This document shows, one piece after another, positions 38,740 to 47,104 of a stretch of 58,750 bases of DNA. The notes under the pieces are model-generated. The model worked only from the letters and a program-made list of their open reading frames with translations. It searched no databases and was not told where the DNA came from. Each line of letters opens with the position of its first letter. The stretch's first letter is position 1. The stretch covers positions 1 through 58,750 of IMG/VR virus record IMGVR_UViG_3300000928_002271; one strand, written 5' to 3'. The position numbers and the translations under genes are program-made. The stretch is from a virus (lineage: Duplodnaviria > Caudoviricetes).

Positions 38740-40805
38740 TATTCATTTATGTTAGTTGCGTAAGGAACTCCTTTTGAATATAGATCATTATTAGTTCCTT
38801 CATCACCATCATTTGTTAATCCCATAAATCTTTGACGGATATTGTTTTTACCATTTATACCGTCTGGGTTTAAACCTCGATCATATGCTGAACCAACTGT
38901 TTGGGGAAGGAACGTATGAATAGGCTTGAATCCAACCTGAACTTCCATTATGTGGGTAAGTTCTTTAACAGAAGGGTCTCTATAAGAAATTCCACCAACT
39001 GCTGTTCCGTCTGTACTAACAGATGGGATACCGATTTCCCAAGTTGAATCTTCTGGGAGGGTATAATTCAATGAGGTAATTACACCAGGTTGTTCATAAA
39101 AGTAACCTCCAATTGTTAATTGGTGGATGTTACCTCTCATAAACCCACTTTCACTAAAATTAGGAGCTAATGTAGATTGAAGATAGTTCAATTTTTGGTA
39201 CATTATAGAAAGCTCAGGTTTAGATTGAGCTACTACTTTAAATCCAAAAGATACATCTCTACTAAATCCGTTGTATTGGAAAAAATCTTCACCTCTACCT
39301 AAATATTTAAAAGAATCCCAGCTAGCCGCCATATTATCAGAGATAGACCCATTAAATAAAGCTCTAAAGTGAACAAATGTTTTTTTACTAGGTTCGTCAG
39401 GGTTTATAACTGCGAATCTAAATTTAACAAAATCATTTTTCTTTTTGCTAGGGGTTACTACATCTCTTTCGTACATATACATAGCGTTGATTTCATCAAC
39501 TACTTGTATTTGACCATCAATAGTAGCTCCAGTTGTATAATTAGATCTATCTAATGCTGAATTGCCAGGAGAATTAAGATTAACTCTTTTTTCATAGTTT
39601 TTAGCATCACCACCTGAATAATTAGGAGCGTCTGTTAAAGAACCATCTTTACGAGCTGCCTGGTAAGAGGCATTACCTACAGATTCAGGAGTAATTTTTT
39701 TACGGAAATCTTGGATTTGACCTGATGTTCTAAATGAGATTTGGTCAATTAATTGTTTTTGGTTAAAAGTAGCATTTCCATAAGTAGGAGAAAATGCTAC
39801 TTCTTTATCAGTTTTAGAAACATCTCCATCAATATACACATTATTAGTATATAGAGGTTTACCATCAGGACTAAATGTTCCTAAATTAACAGCTTGTAGA
39901 GTTTGAGTTGAGTACTTATTCGAAGCTGTATTTGATTTAAATAAAGGATTAGGGGTTGGTATTGAACCTATAACCCCACCAACATTAGTAAAATTAAAAT
40001 ATGGAACCGAAATAGATTTTAAATAATTACCTGGTTCGAAATTTTGTTTCTCAGTGCCATAGAATCTACTAGGATTAGTAATAACTAACGGATTTGCCAA
40101 ACCAGTGCGAGCACCTCCTGGGACTAATGAGGTAGCAAATTTAATACTAGTTCTACCTGATAAGCCTTTTTCAGCGTTAGGCCCTCCTGGATAGGAGAAC
40201 ATTGTGCCTGTAATATTGGATGGGGTGGTCTCTGAGAGGTATACTAATTTGTTATTATACGTTTCAGCAGCTGTAGCTATATAACGAGAATATGTGGGTC
40301 TACCGCCGGTATTTAAATCAAATCCCAATATATTAATATCTTGTGGAAATGGATTTATACCTTGTTTATTTCCGTGTAAACCAAAAGCATTGACTCCGGC
40401 TTGAGCTAAAGTAGAAGTAGGTAAGTAAACTCCTTCACTATTATACCCTGCTCTACGCATACCTCTAAATGTTAGAGGTGGTCCACCTGCGCTATAATCT
40501 TGCCCAGTTGCTGCTAAAACTTCTTGTTTACCTGTAAAAGCTAAACCGACTCCGGTTCCCGTAAATAAACGAGTTAATCTAGAGACATCTTTAGCTGAAC
40601 CTAAAGCCGCATATTTACCTCCTCTTAAAATAAAGTCAGGACCTCCAGTTTGCCCTAATTGTTCAATAGGCAAACCTAAGGAATCTTTATATTTAGGAGA
40701 AATAGGTTGTAAAACATTCTGGGTGTAAAGGCTAGTACCTCCACCAGGAACATCTCTCCCAAATTTTAAAGATTTAAGATTGGTCTGTAGGTTAATTAAA
40801 GGCAT
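38739..40805 (-). CDS. Baseplate / tail-tube-initiator-like structural protein
   Basis: C-terminal FRA....ISD...W...KYLGRGE..F.Y.GF.R.VSFGF tube-like domain; located between tape measure and hub. Confidence 0.6.
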   Translation of the reverse strand: MPLINLQTNLKSLKFGRDVPGGGTSLYTQNVLQPISPKYKDSLGLPIEQLGQTGGPDFILRGGKYAALGSAKDVSRLTRLFTGTGVGLAFTGKQEVLAATGQDYSAGGPPLTFRGMRRAGYNSEGVYLPTSTLAQAGVNAFGLHGNKQGINPFPQDINILGFDLNTGGRPTYSRYIATAAETYNNKLVYLSETTPSNITGTMFSYPGGPNAEKGLSGRTSIKFATSLVPGGARTGLANPLVITNPSRFYGTEKQNFEPGNYLKSISVPYFNFTNVGGVIGSIPTPNPLFKSNTASNKYSTQTLQAVNLGTFSPDGKPLYTNNVYIDGDVSKTDKEVAFSPTYGNATFNQKQLIDQISFRTSGQIQDFRKKITPESVGNASYQAARKDGSLTDAPNYSGGDAKNYEKRVNLNSPGNSALDRSNYTTGATIDGQIQVVDEINAMYMYERDVVTPSKKKNDFVKFRFAVINPDEPSKKTFVHFRALFNGSISDNMAASWDSFKYLGRGEDFFQYNGFSRDVSFGFKVVAQSKPELSIMYQKLNYLQSTLAPNFSESGFMRGNIHQLTIGGYFYEQPGVITSLNYTLPEDSTWEIGIPSVSTDGTAVGGISYRDPSVKELTHIMEVQVGFKPIHTFLPQTVGSAYDRGLNPDGINGKNNIRQRFMGLTNDGDEGTNNDLYSKGVPYATNINE

Positions 40806-40808
40806 TTA

Positions 40809-41066
40809 TTATCCTGGTAAGTTGTCAGTGTATTTTGAAGGAGTTAAACCTTGTAAATCTAAAGTAGATGGAGATGGTAAAATGTTAGCTACCCCATCTA
40901 AATATTGTTGGTATTGTGAATTTACCAAACCAGCATTTTTACCATTTAACGAATATTCGTAATGCATTTCTGATTGTTGAGTAGCTAATGGATTGATAGT
41001 TGGAGTAGCTCCATTAAAAGCTGTTAAATTCGATCCTTGTTGTGTTAATTTATCTAAAAGTCCCAT
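40809..41066 (-). CDS. Hypothetical virion-associated protein
   Basis: Follows a late-type motif; in the tail operon. Confidence 0.7.
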   Translation of the reverse strand: MGLLDKLTQQGSNLTAFNGATPTINPLATQQSEMHYEYSLNGKNAGLVNSQYQQYLDGVANILPSPSTLDLQGLTPSKYTDNLPG

Positions 41067-41080
41067 AATAATTGTTTTAT

Positions 41081-41089
41081 TATAAATAT
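41081..41089 (-). promoter_or_regulatory. Putative late promoter ATATTTATA
   Basis: 14 nt upstream of the 41066 start. Confidence 0.6.
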
Positions 41090-41095
41090 TAAAAA

Positions 41096-43390
41096 TTAAA
41101 GTTTACTATAACTAAACGCTTCAGCATATCCTACTTTTGAGGAATCCATATAGACATCTGAGTTTTTATTGGCTATTCTTTCTAATAAAGAAATCATTTT
41201 ATCATTACCACCACCTCCACCAAGATTAGTTCCAGCTACTACTGAGTCATTATTGTTTAAAGCAATGGTTCCTATTCCTTTTTTCTTAATTACGGTATCA
41301 CCATAACCACTAGGGAACATTTCTAAGTCGTCTGCAGTTGATGATTGGGCTGATGCTACTGCTGTGAGTAATGCTGCTGTAGCACCTCCAGCTAAAGCCC
41401 AACCTACGGGACCTAATCCAGCGGATCCAGACCAAATAGAGGCTACAGCTGTTCCTATAGCTTTAGTTAAGGTTATACCGCTTATAATTGCTTGTCTACC
41501 TAAAGTAACTGTTATAGCTCCTAAAATAGCATTTACAGCGTAACTATTAGATAAGATATCCGCAAAGAAACCAGCAATCATACCTAAAGGACCTTCAGCA
41601 ATAGTTGTAAAGATATCTTGCATCTTTTCTATAGCCGTATTTAAAGATTCTTGGAATGTAAGTTGTTTAAAATTAGATAATTCTTGACCTTCTAATTGAG
41701 AAGCTATTTCTTCATTGGTCATTAATTGTCTTTGTTGATTAAGAAGAAGTTCGGACATTTCTTCTCTACCTAATCCCATAGCTTCAGCAATTGCTTGTTG
41801 CTGTAATCTATTCATATTAGAATATTCAAAGAACGATACATTTTGGTTAGCAAGTTCTTGAGCTACACCTTCTAGATCGTTATTGATAGCTAATAATCTA
41901 GCTTTTTCTAAATTGATTTCTCTACCAATTAATAATTCAGCTTTTAATTCATTCTCAATTGAACTTTCAAAATTGAGTAAGGATTCAGCCATCTTATCTA
42001 CTTGGGCAAGATTACTTCCGAATTTTTTAGCCTCTAATGTAGCAGCTGTTAATTCCTTAACACTACCTCCTAATGAAACTTGAATTGATGCTGATGCTGA
42101 AGCTACTTCACTTAATGTTTGTTTAGTATCGAAAGCTTTACCATTAATAGTATTAAAAGCACCGATTTGTTTTACTAAACTTCCTAGTTGATCTTCAGTG
42201 TTATTACCTCCTAATTTAAGTAATGAGGTTAGTGATGTAGCTTGTTCAACAGAAAGACCTAATCTTTTGTTTAATGTAGTAAAGGTTTCTAAGGTTTGGC
42301 CACTATAATCTACAGCAAATCCTAGTTGTCCTGAGAATTCTGAAAAACTTTCTGCTAATTTTTTAGTAGTAAGAAAAGCATCAGCACTACTATTAGCTAT
42401 CATATGGAAATCAGCTGAAATTCCTGCTGATTCGTAACGACTTAAACCTAATTGTTTTTGTATACCCGTTACACGTGAATCTACTTCACCAATAGCTTTA
42501 CCAATTTGTCTAAATAAGAAAAGACCTAGAGTTAAGGGGTCACTTAATGTTTTTCCAATTCCTTCCCCAAGTTTTTTAGCACCAAATATAATTGCTTCTT
42601 CTTGGTTCATTATTTCCTGCCCATCCTCAACTAAGGCTTTTTGCTCAGCTACAACAGCAGCATAGGCATCTTGGGCATCTTTACCTAGTCCTGGGATTGA
42701 TCCAAAAAGATTAAGGATTTTACCAGTAACTCCTAATGAATCATTTAGTTCTTCTACTAATTCTTTTTCTTTTCCTCGTCTTGCGTTATTTGCTTCTAAT
42801 GCTATAGATTGAGCTTGAGTAATTGCTAATCTTTTACCATCAGTATCTAATAAAGAATAAGCCGTGTCTATTTCACTATCTAACTCACTATTACTATTCT
42901 CAAGAGCTGTTAATTGATCAGCTCTTAGAGCATTACCATTAGCTATCTCCTTATTAATTTCATCAATTAATACTTGATTTTCTTTTTGTTTAGCTAAGTT
43001 TTTGGCTAATTCATTGGCGGTTTCAACTACAACGCGGGCATTTTGTTTGCCTGAAGTTAAAATTTGGTTGGTTAAGCTAACTGTTAAAGTATCAGCCGCA
43101 GTAATAAGTTTTTTATTTTTAGCTATTTGCTTCTCAATATCATTAACTGTATTGAGGCCTACTCTTTGATTAACTATTTCTTTGTTAATCTTTTTATTGA
43201 GTTCTAGTAAGTTTTGGTCTTCTGTATTACGACGAGTTCGGATACCCAATTCTTCTTTAAGAGTATCTAATAATGAATTGGATAAATCTAATGAACGAGC
43301 AAGGGCTTCGGTTTGGGCTTGGTAATATCTATTACCTTCCCTAAGCCCCTCGTTACGTTCTTCTATAGATTCTCTATCGTTTAATGCCAT
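41096..43390 (-). CDS. Tail tape measure protein
   Basis: 764 aa, helical and Ala/Leu/Glu-rich, LLNFESSIENELKAELL motif, hydrophobic Gly/Ala C-terminal stretch; follows tube and chaperone genes. Confidence 0.8.
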   Translation of the reverse strand: MALNDRESIEERNEGLREGNRYYQAQTEALARSLDLSNSLLDTLKEELGIRTRRNTEDQNLLELNKKINKEIVNQRVGLNTVNDIEKQIAKNKKLITAADTLTVSLTNQILTSGKQNARVVVETANELAKNLAKQKENQVLIDEINKEIANGNALRADQLTALENSNSELDSEIDTAYSLLDTDGKRLAITQAQSIALEANNARRGKEKELVEELNDSLGVTGKILNLFGSIPGLGKDAQDAYAAVVAEQKALVEDGQEIMNQEEAIIFGAKKLGEGIGKTLSDPLTLGLFLFRQIGKAIGEVDSRVTGIQKQLGLSRYESAGISADFHMIANSSADAFLTTKKLAESFSEFSGQLGFAVDYSGQTLETFTTLNKRLGLSVEQATSLTSLLKLGGNNTEDQLGSLVKQIGAFNTINGKAFDTKQTLSEVASASASIQVSLGGSVKELTAATLEAKKFGSNLAQVDKMAESLLNFESSIENELKAELLIGREINLEKARLLAINNDLEGVAQELANQNVSFFEYSNMNRLQQQAIAEAMGLGREEMSELLLNQQRQLMTNEEIASQLEGQELSNFKQLTFQESLNTAIEKMQDIFTTIAEGPLGMIAGFFADILSNSYAVNAILGAITVTLGRQAIISGITLTKAIGTAVASIWSGSAGLGPVGWALAGGATAALLTAVASAQSSTADDLEMFPSGYGDTVIKKKGIGTIALNNNDSVVAGTNLGGGGGNDKMISLLERIANKNSDVYMDSSKVGYAEAFSYSKL

Positions 43391-43403
43391 GCTTTGGTTT
43401 TGT

Positions 43404-43412
43404 TATAAATAT
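43404..43412 (-). promoter_or_regulatory. Putative late promoter ATATTTATA
   Basis: 13 nt upstream of the tape measure start. Confidence 0.6.
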
Positions 43413-43424
43413 TGAAAAATTAAC

Positions 43425-43721
43425 TTATTTATAACTAGTTTTAGCTTGATCTTTTTTATTAATATAAGCTTGTTTAATGGTTCCGTCTGGGTTAATGACT
43501 GAGTCTTTAGATGAGGCTTTTTTAGATTGTTCAGCCTGTTCATCGTAGTAACTTTTAATTTTTTTAAAAGTAAAATTACGGAGCCAAATTGGCATATTAT
43601 ATATTTCTCCCCAAGAGTATCCTCCCTTTCCATGAAATACTATCTCATGGATTTGGGAAAATACAGTATTACGTAATGATTTAGCCGAGGTCGGAGTCAG
43701 GCCAAAAAAAGCTAATCCCAA
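43425..43721 (-). CDS. Tail/baseplate assembly chaperone, second part (T4 gp51-like); possibly made by frameshift
   Basis: EIYNMPIWLRNF motif; only a TTG start, inside the upstream gene next to a T7 run. Confidence 0.7.
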   Translation of the reverse strand: MGLAFFGLTPTSAKSLRNTVFSQIHEIVFHGKGGYSWGEIYNMPIWLRNFTFKKIKSYYDEQAEQSKKASSKDSVINPDGTIKQAYINKKDQAKTSYK

Positions 43722-44415
43722 GTGGGAGAGTCCTTTTAACTTTTGATCCGATGGGAAAAAAAGACAGATCTACGTCTGGTTGAAGGTTTGTAATATATTC
43801 TCTTAGTGCCCTGGAGTCTTGAGCCAATAGATACCCATTGACAAATTCGTTAATAGTTTTCTTTTCTCTATCTCCATTAACAGAAGTAATCATATATCTT
43901 AATCGGGTAGTTAATTCCGCTGTTCCTTCCTTATTAATCTTTTTAAGACTATTTAACTCATTTGTAATAAGTAATTCATCTTTATGGGTTAATAATTTAA
44001 CAGTAACCTCATTACCTGAGTTAGGTAAGGTGTAAGGGAATTCATTTAAACCTTTATTAAAGATTGACTCGTCAATTTGTTTATTTTCTAAAGTAGTTAA
44101 GTCTATTTCTTGTTCTACCCCAGCATAACTAAATTTATAATCTTTACCATATCCTAAAATACGAGCTGCTACAAAAACAGCATTTTTATCTCCAATAATA
44201 AGATCATCATAATTTATATCGGAAACAATTAAGGATTTCATTAACCGATCTAATACGGTTCCATCTGTAATATAATTAGCATTAGTAAGAATGTCTTCCT
44301 CTTTAGCTGTCATATATTTCATTTCTATCTTTCCAGAAGATAAGGGATTTGAATCAGGATAAACTAAACCTTTTGAAGGTAGTTCAATAGTTTCTGTTGG
44401 TAATTTAAATTCCAT
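43681..44415 (-). CDS. Tail/baseplate-hub assembly chaperone (T4 gp26-like)
   Basis: ELPSKG..Y, MTAKEEDIL, D...VFVAARI..YG, ends ISFFWP; located between tube and tape measure. Confidence 0.8.
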   Translation of the reverse strand: MEFKLPTETIELPSKGLVYPDSNPLSSGKIEMKYMTAKEEDILTNANYITDGTVLDRLMKSLIVSDINYDDLIIGDKNAVFVAARILGYGKDYKFSYAGVEQEIDLTTLENKQIDESIFNKGLNEFPYTLPNSGNEVTVKLLTHKDELLITNELNSLKKINKEGTAELTTRLRYMITSVNGDREKKTINEFVNGYLLAQDSRALREYITNLQPDVDLSFFPIGSKVKRTLPLGISFFWPDSDLG

Positions 44416-44444
44416 AAACGTATTTAATAATAACTTTGTTCGAG

Positions 44445-44453
44445 TATAAATAT
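44445..44453 (-). promoter_or_regulatory. Putative late promoter ATATTTATA
   Basis: Just downstream of a terminator, 29 nt upstream of the chaperone start. Confidence 0.6.
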
Positions 44454-44459
44454 GAATAT

Positions 44460-44490
44460 AAAAAAGAGCTTGAACGAATCCAAGCTCTCT
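44460..44490 (-). terminator. Rho-independent terminator after the tail tube gene
   Basis: GAGCTTG/CAAGCTC stem followed by TTTTTT on the minus strand. Confidence 0.8.
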
Positions 44491-44513
44491 TTACAAAAAT
44501 ATTTACTTTCTTA

Positions 44514-45002
44514 TTAGAAGTTCAAGATACAGTAATCTGGTTGAACTGTCATTGTAAGGTTTATAGCAGTGTTTTCTGTATCCCAACCATATTCACCAAA
44601 GTTAGCATCAGTGATTAAAGCACCTTTAATGATCCATTCTGATACTACGTCACCAACAGGGCCTAATACGTTGAATGTTAAGTCTTTCTTATAGAAATCA
44701 CTATAACCATCACGACCAGTTACTGATTCGTGGTGTAAACGTACCCATTCCATAACGGCTTGGGCACCAGAAGGAGTAATAGGATCAAATAATGTGAACT
44801 GAACTGTATTCCAAGTTGTTTTTCCTTTCACAAAACGTTGAACGTTGATGTGGTTAAGAGGTACTGTGCCTTGAGTTAAGGTTACGGCACCTACACCTTT
44901 TACGATATAAGCTGGGAATCCGTCCATATACATGATGAACCTGTTTGCTTGTTTTGGTTCAAACGCTGTAAAGAAAATTTCGTTGGGATCTAATACTGCC
45001 AT
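44514..45002 (-). CDS. Tail tube protein (gp19-like)
   Basis: FEPKQANRF, GKTTWN, VMEWVR, YKKD, EWIIKGA; directly after the sheath gene. Confidence 0.88.
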   Translation of the reverse strand: MAVLDPNEIFFTAFEPKQANRFIMYMDGFPAYIVKGVGAVTLTQGTVPLNHINVQRFVKGKTTWNTVQFTLFDPITPSGAQAVMEWVRLHHESVTGRDGYSDFYKKDLTFNVLGPVGDVVSEWIIKGALITDANFGEYGWDTENTAINLTMTVQPDYCILNF

Positions 45003-45022
45003 TGTTATTTATTTTATTCTAT

Positions 45023-45031
45023 TATAAATAT
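45023..45031 (-). promoter_or_regulatory. Putative late promoter ATATTTATA
   Basis: 20 nt upstream of the tube start. Confidence 0.6.
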
Positions 45032-45047
45032 TCGTTATTTAAACTTC

Positions 45048-46787
45048 TTACCCTGGGAAAGTAGCTCCTGTTGGTAATACATTAAAGTCTAGGATAATGA
45101 ATTCTGCTGTTTTAGTTGGTTGGAGATAAATAGCACCTACCATCTGATTTCTGTCGATTACGTCAGGTGTGTTATTTGAATCATCCATTACAACTTTAAA
45201 CGCATATAAACCTTGTCTTTGTTGTACAGACTCTAAATAAGGGTTTACTGCTGCTAAGAAGTTATTTCTTGTGGCGGCTGTATTTTGTTCAAATACCAAG
45301 TTTTGAGAAACTTGACCAATATATCCTTTAAGAGCAATTAATAATCTTCTAACATTTACTCTATCAAGCGCCGAAGCTTGTCTCTGTAATGTCTTTTGAC
45401 CATAAACTACAGTACCGGTTCCAGGGAATGAAGCGATTGGGTTAACGTTATTTTCGTATAAGGTATCTCTGTTAGATTGTGTTAACTTTCTTTCAGGGCG
45501 AATTACGTTGTCTAAACCTCCTCTGTTGATACCCGCTGGAGCAAACCATGGCTCGCTTACACTGTCGTTATATGCGTAAACTCCCCCGATCATTGTTGAC
45601 GCTGGTACCCAAACGTTTTGACCTGAATCAGGGTCAATTGTTTGTAACCAAGGCCAGTACATAGCGGCGTATGAAGTATTTCTTGAAGCTGCTTGAGTTG
45701 TTGTATTAACAATAGTTGCAGCGTAAGTAATAGGATCAAGTACGTAAATGCTATCACCTCTACCTTGAGTGTTATTAATTGCTGTAGTGGTTTGTGAAGC
45801 ATGAACACTATTAAATAAACCAGGAGTTAATAACACATTAAATGCGTAGTCATCTTGGTTAGCTAATAAGTTTAACATATCTGTATAATCACTACCTACA
45901 ACACCTTGTGTTACAGCGCCAGCACCTGTACCTGCTAATTCATAGTAATTACCACCAGCTGTGTAAGTTGAAATATTAGTACCAGTACCACCTGAGAAGG
46001 CACCACCGGCTGATCCTGAACCTACTGCTGGGATAAGATCCACATAAGCGGCTTTAGCATTACCTGCATTATCTAAGTAATTAGGAGTTAAGTTATTAAC
46101 TGTTTTTACTTTAATATATCTTGAAGAGTTAGGGTATGAACCTGATACTTCTAGGTAATTTTCAGTTGAGTTGTAGTTGTATGTAGTATCACCAATTACT
46201 CTAGAAACAAAGTTTGGTTGTGTTGGGTCTAATGATAAGTTATTCCAAGATTCTAAGATAACTGGGTTGTTTGTTGTGTCATCGCCTCTTCTAACTACTA
46301 ATGAAAATACACCAGATGCTGTGTTATTAGAAACAACTTGCCATCTAACGTTATCAATATTACCATTTTCTAAAGCACCACCTGTTAAGATAGTACCATT
46401 ATTATTCCAAACCGCACCTTTATCAATAGCTTCAAAAGTAACAGCCGTACTAGCGTCAATTGCTGGGATTTGGGCGTTTGAGTAACTCCAATCTGTAGCG
46501 GCTGAGCCTGAAACTACTCGAGTTACTAACATTGTGTTTCCACCGTTAGCGAAGTAGTTGTAAGCTGCGATAGAAGTAAAGTAAGAATAGACTAAGCTAC
46601 CACTTTCGAATGTGGTACCAAATCTATTTTGATAATCGCTGTATGATGTAACGAGTGTTGGTACTTCTACAGGACCTTTTACTGTAGGACCTACAAGAGC
46701 AGCACCTACTTGTACAGGTTGCTGCGTGATAAATGACTGGTCATTCTCTCTTGTTAATACACCAGGTGATACTAATGTTTCTGCCAT
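45048..46787 (-). CDS. Contractile tail sheath protein (gp18-like)
   Basis: SPGVLTREND, PWFAPAGINRG, VNPI, GQKTLQ, RVNVRRL, FEQN, PTKTAEFI. Confidence 0.96.
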   Translation of the reverse strand: MAETLVSPGVLTRENDQSFITQQPVQVGAALVGPTVKGPVEVPTLVTSYSDYQNRFGTTFESGSLVYSYFTSIAAYNYFANGGNTMLVTRVVSGSAATDWSYSNAQIPAIDASTAVTFEAIDKGAVWNNNGTILTGGALENGNIDNVRWQVVSNNTASGVFSLVVRRGDDTTNNPVILESWNNLSLDPTQPNFVSRVIGDTTYNYNSTENYLEVSGSYPNSSRYIKVKTVNNLTPNYLDNAGNAKAAYVDLIPAVGSGSAGGAFSGGTGTNISTYTAGGNYYELAGTGAGAVTQGVVGSDYTDMLNLLANQDDYAFNVLLTPGLFNSVHASQTTTAINNTQGRGDSIYVLDPITYAATIVNTTTQAASRNTSYAAMYWPWLQTIDPDSGQNVWVPASTMIGGVYAYNDSVSEPWFAPAGINRGGLDNVIRPERKLTQSNRDTLYENNVNPIASFPGTGTVVYGQKTLQRQASALDRVNVRRLLIALKGYIGQVSQNLVFEQNTAATRNNFLAAVNPYLESVQQRQGLYAFKVVMDDSNNTPDVIDRNQMVGAIYLQPTKTAEFIILDFNVLPTGATFPG

Positions 46788-46809
46788 TGTGTTGGAATTA
46801 TTATTTTAT

Positions 46810-46818
46810 TATAAATAT
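46810..46818 (-). promoter_or_regulatory. Putative late promoter ATATTTATA
   Basis: 22 nt upstream of the sheath start. Confidence 0.6.
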
Positions 46819-46836
46819 TCAAGAGAGAATTAAAAA

Positions 46837-47088
46837 TTAATTGTTTTTAATAAACTCTCCAGATGTTATATCAATTGTACCTTCACCATATTTGTCTTGT
46901 AGTGTTTTTCCAAATTCACTACTTTCGGTTTGGAGTACAGTAATATTAGTTTTTAATTTTTCTTTTTGTAGATTAAGAGATTGAATTTGATATTCTAATT
47001 GACCGAATTGAGTTATTAAACTAGTTTCGTTTTCTTGAATACTTTTTAACCTTTCAAGCTCTTCTTTTGCCAAAAACACTTGTTCCAT
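46837..47088 (-). CDS. Small coiled-coil protein
   Basis: Heptad pattern ending KYGEGTIDITSGEF. Confidence 0.75.
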   Translation of the reverse strand: MEQVFLAKEELERLKSIQENETSLITQFGQLEYQIQSLNLQKEKLKTNITVLQTESSEFGKTLQDKYGEGTIDITSGEFIKNN

Positions 47089-47104
47089 GATGATAAATAT
47101 TATA

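Noticed and set aside
41081-46818. TATAAATA as T4-type late promoters firing on the plus strand
   Set aside because: There are no plus-strand genes to drive, and the motif sits consistently just upstream of minus-strand starts.
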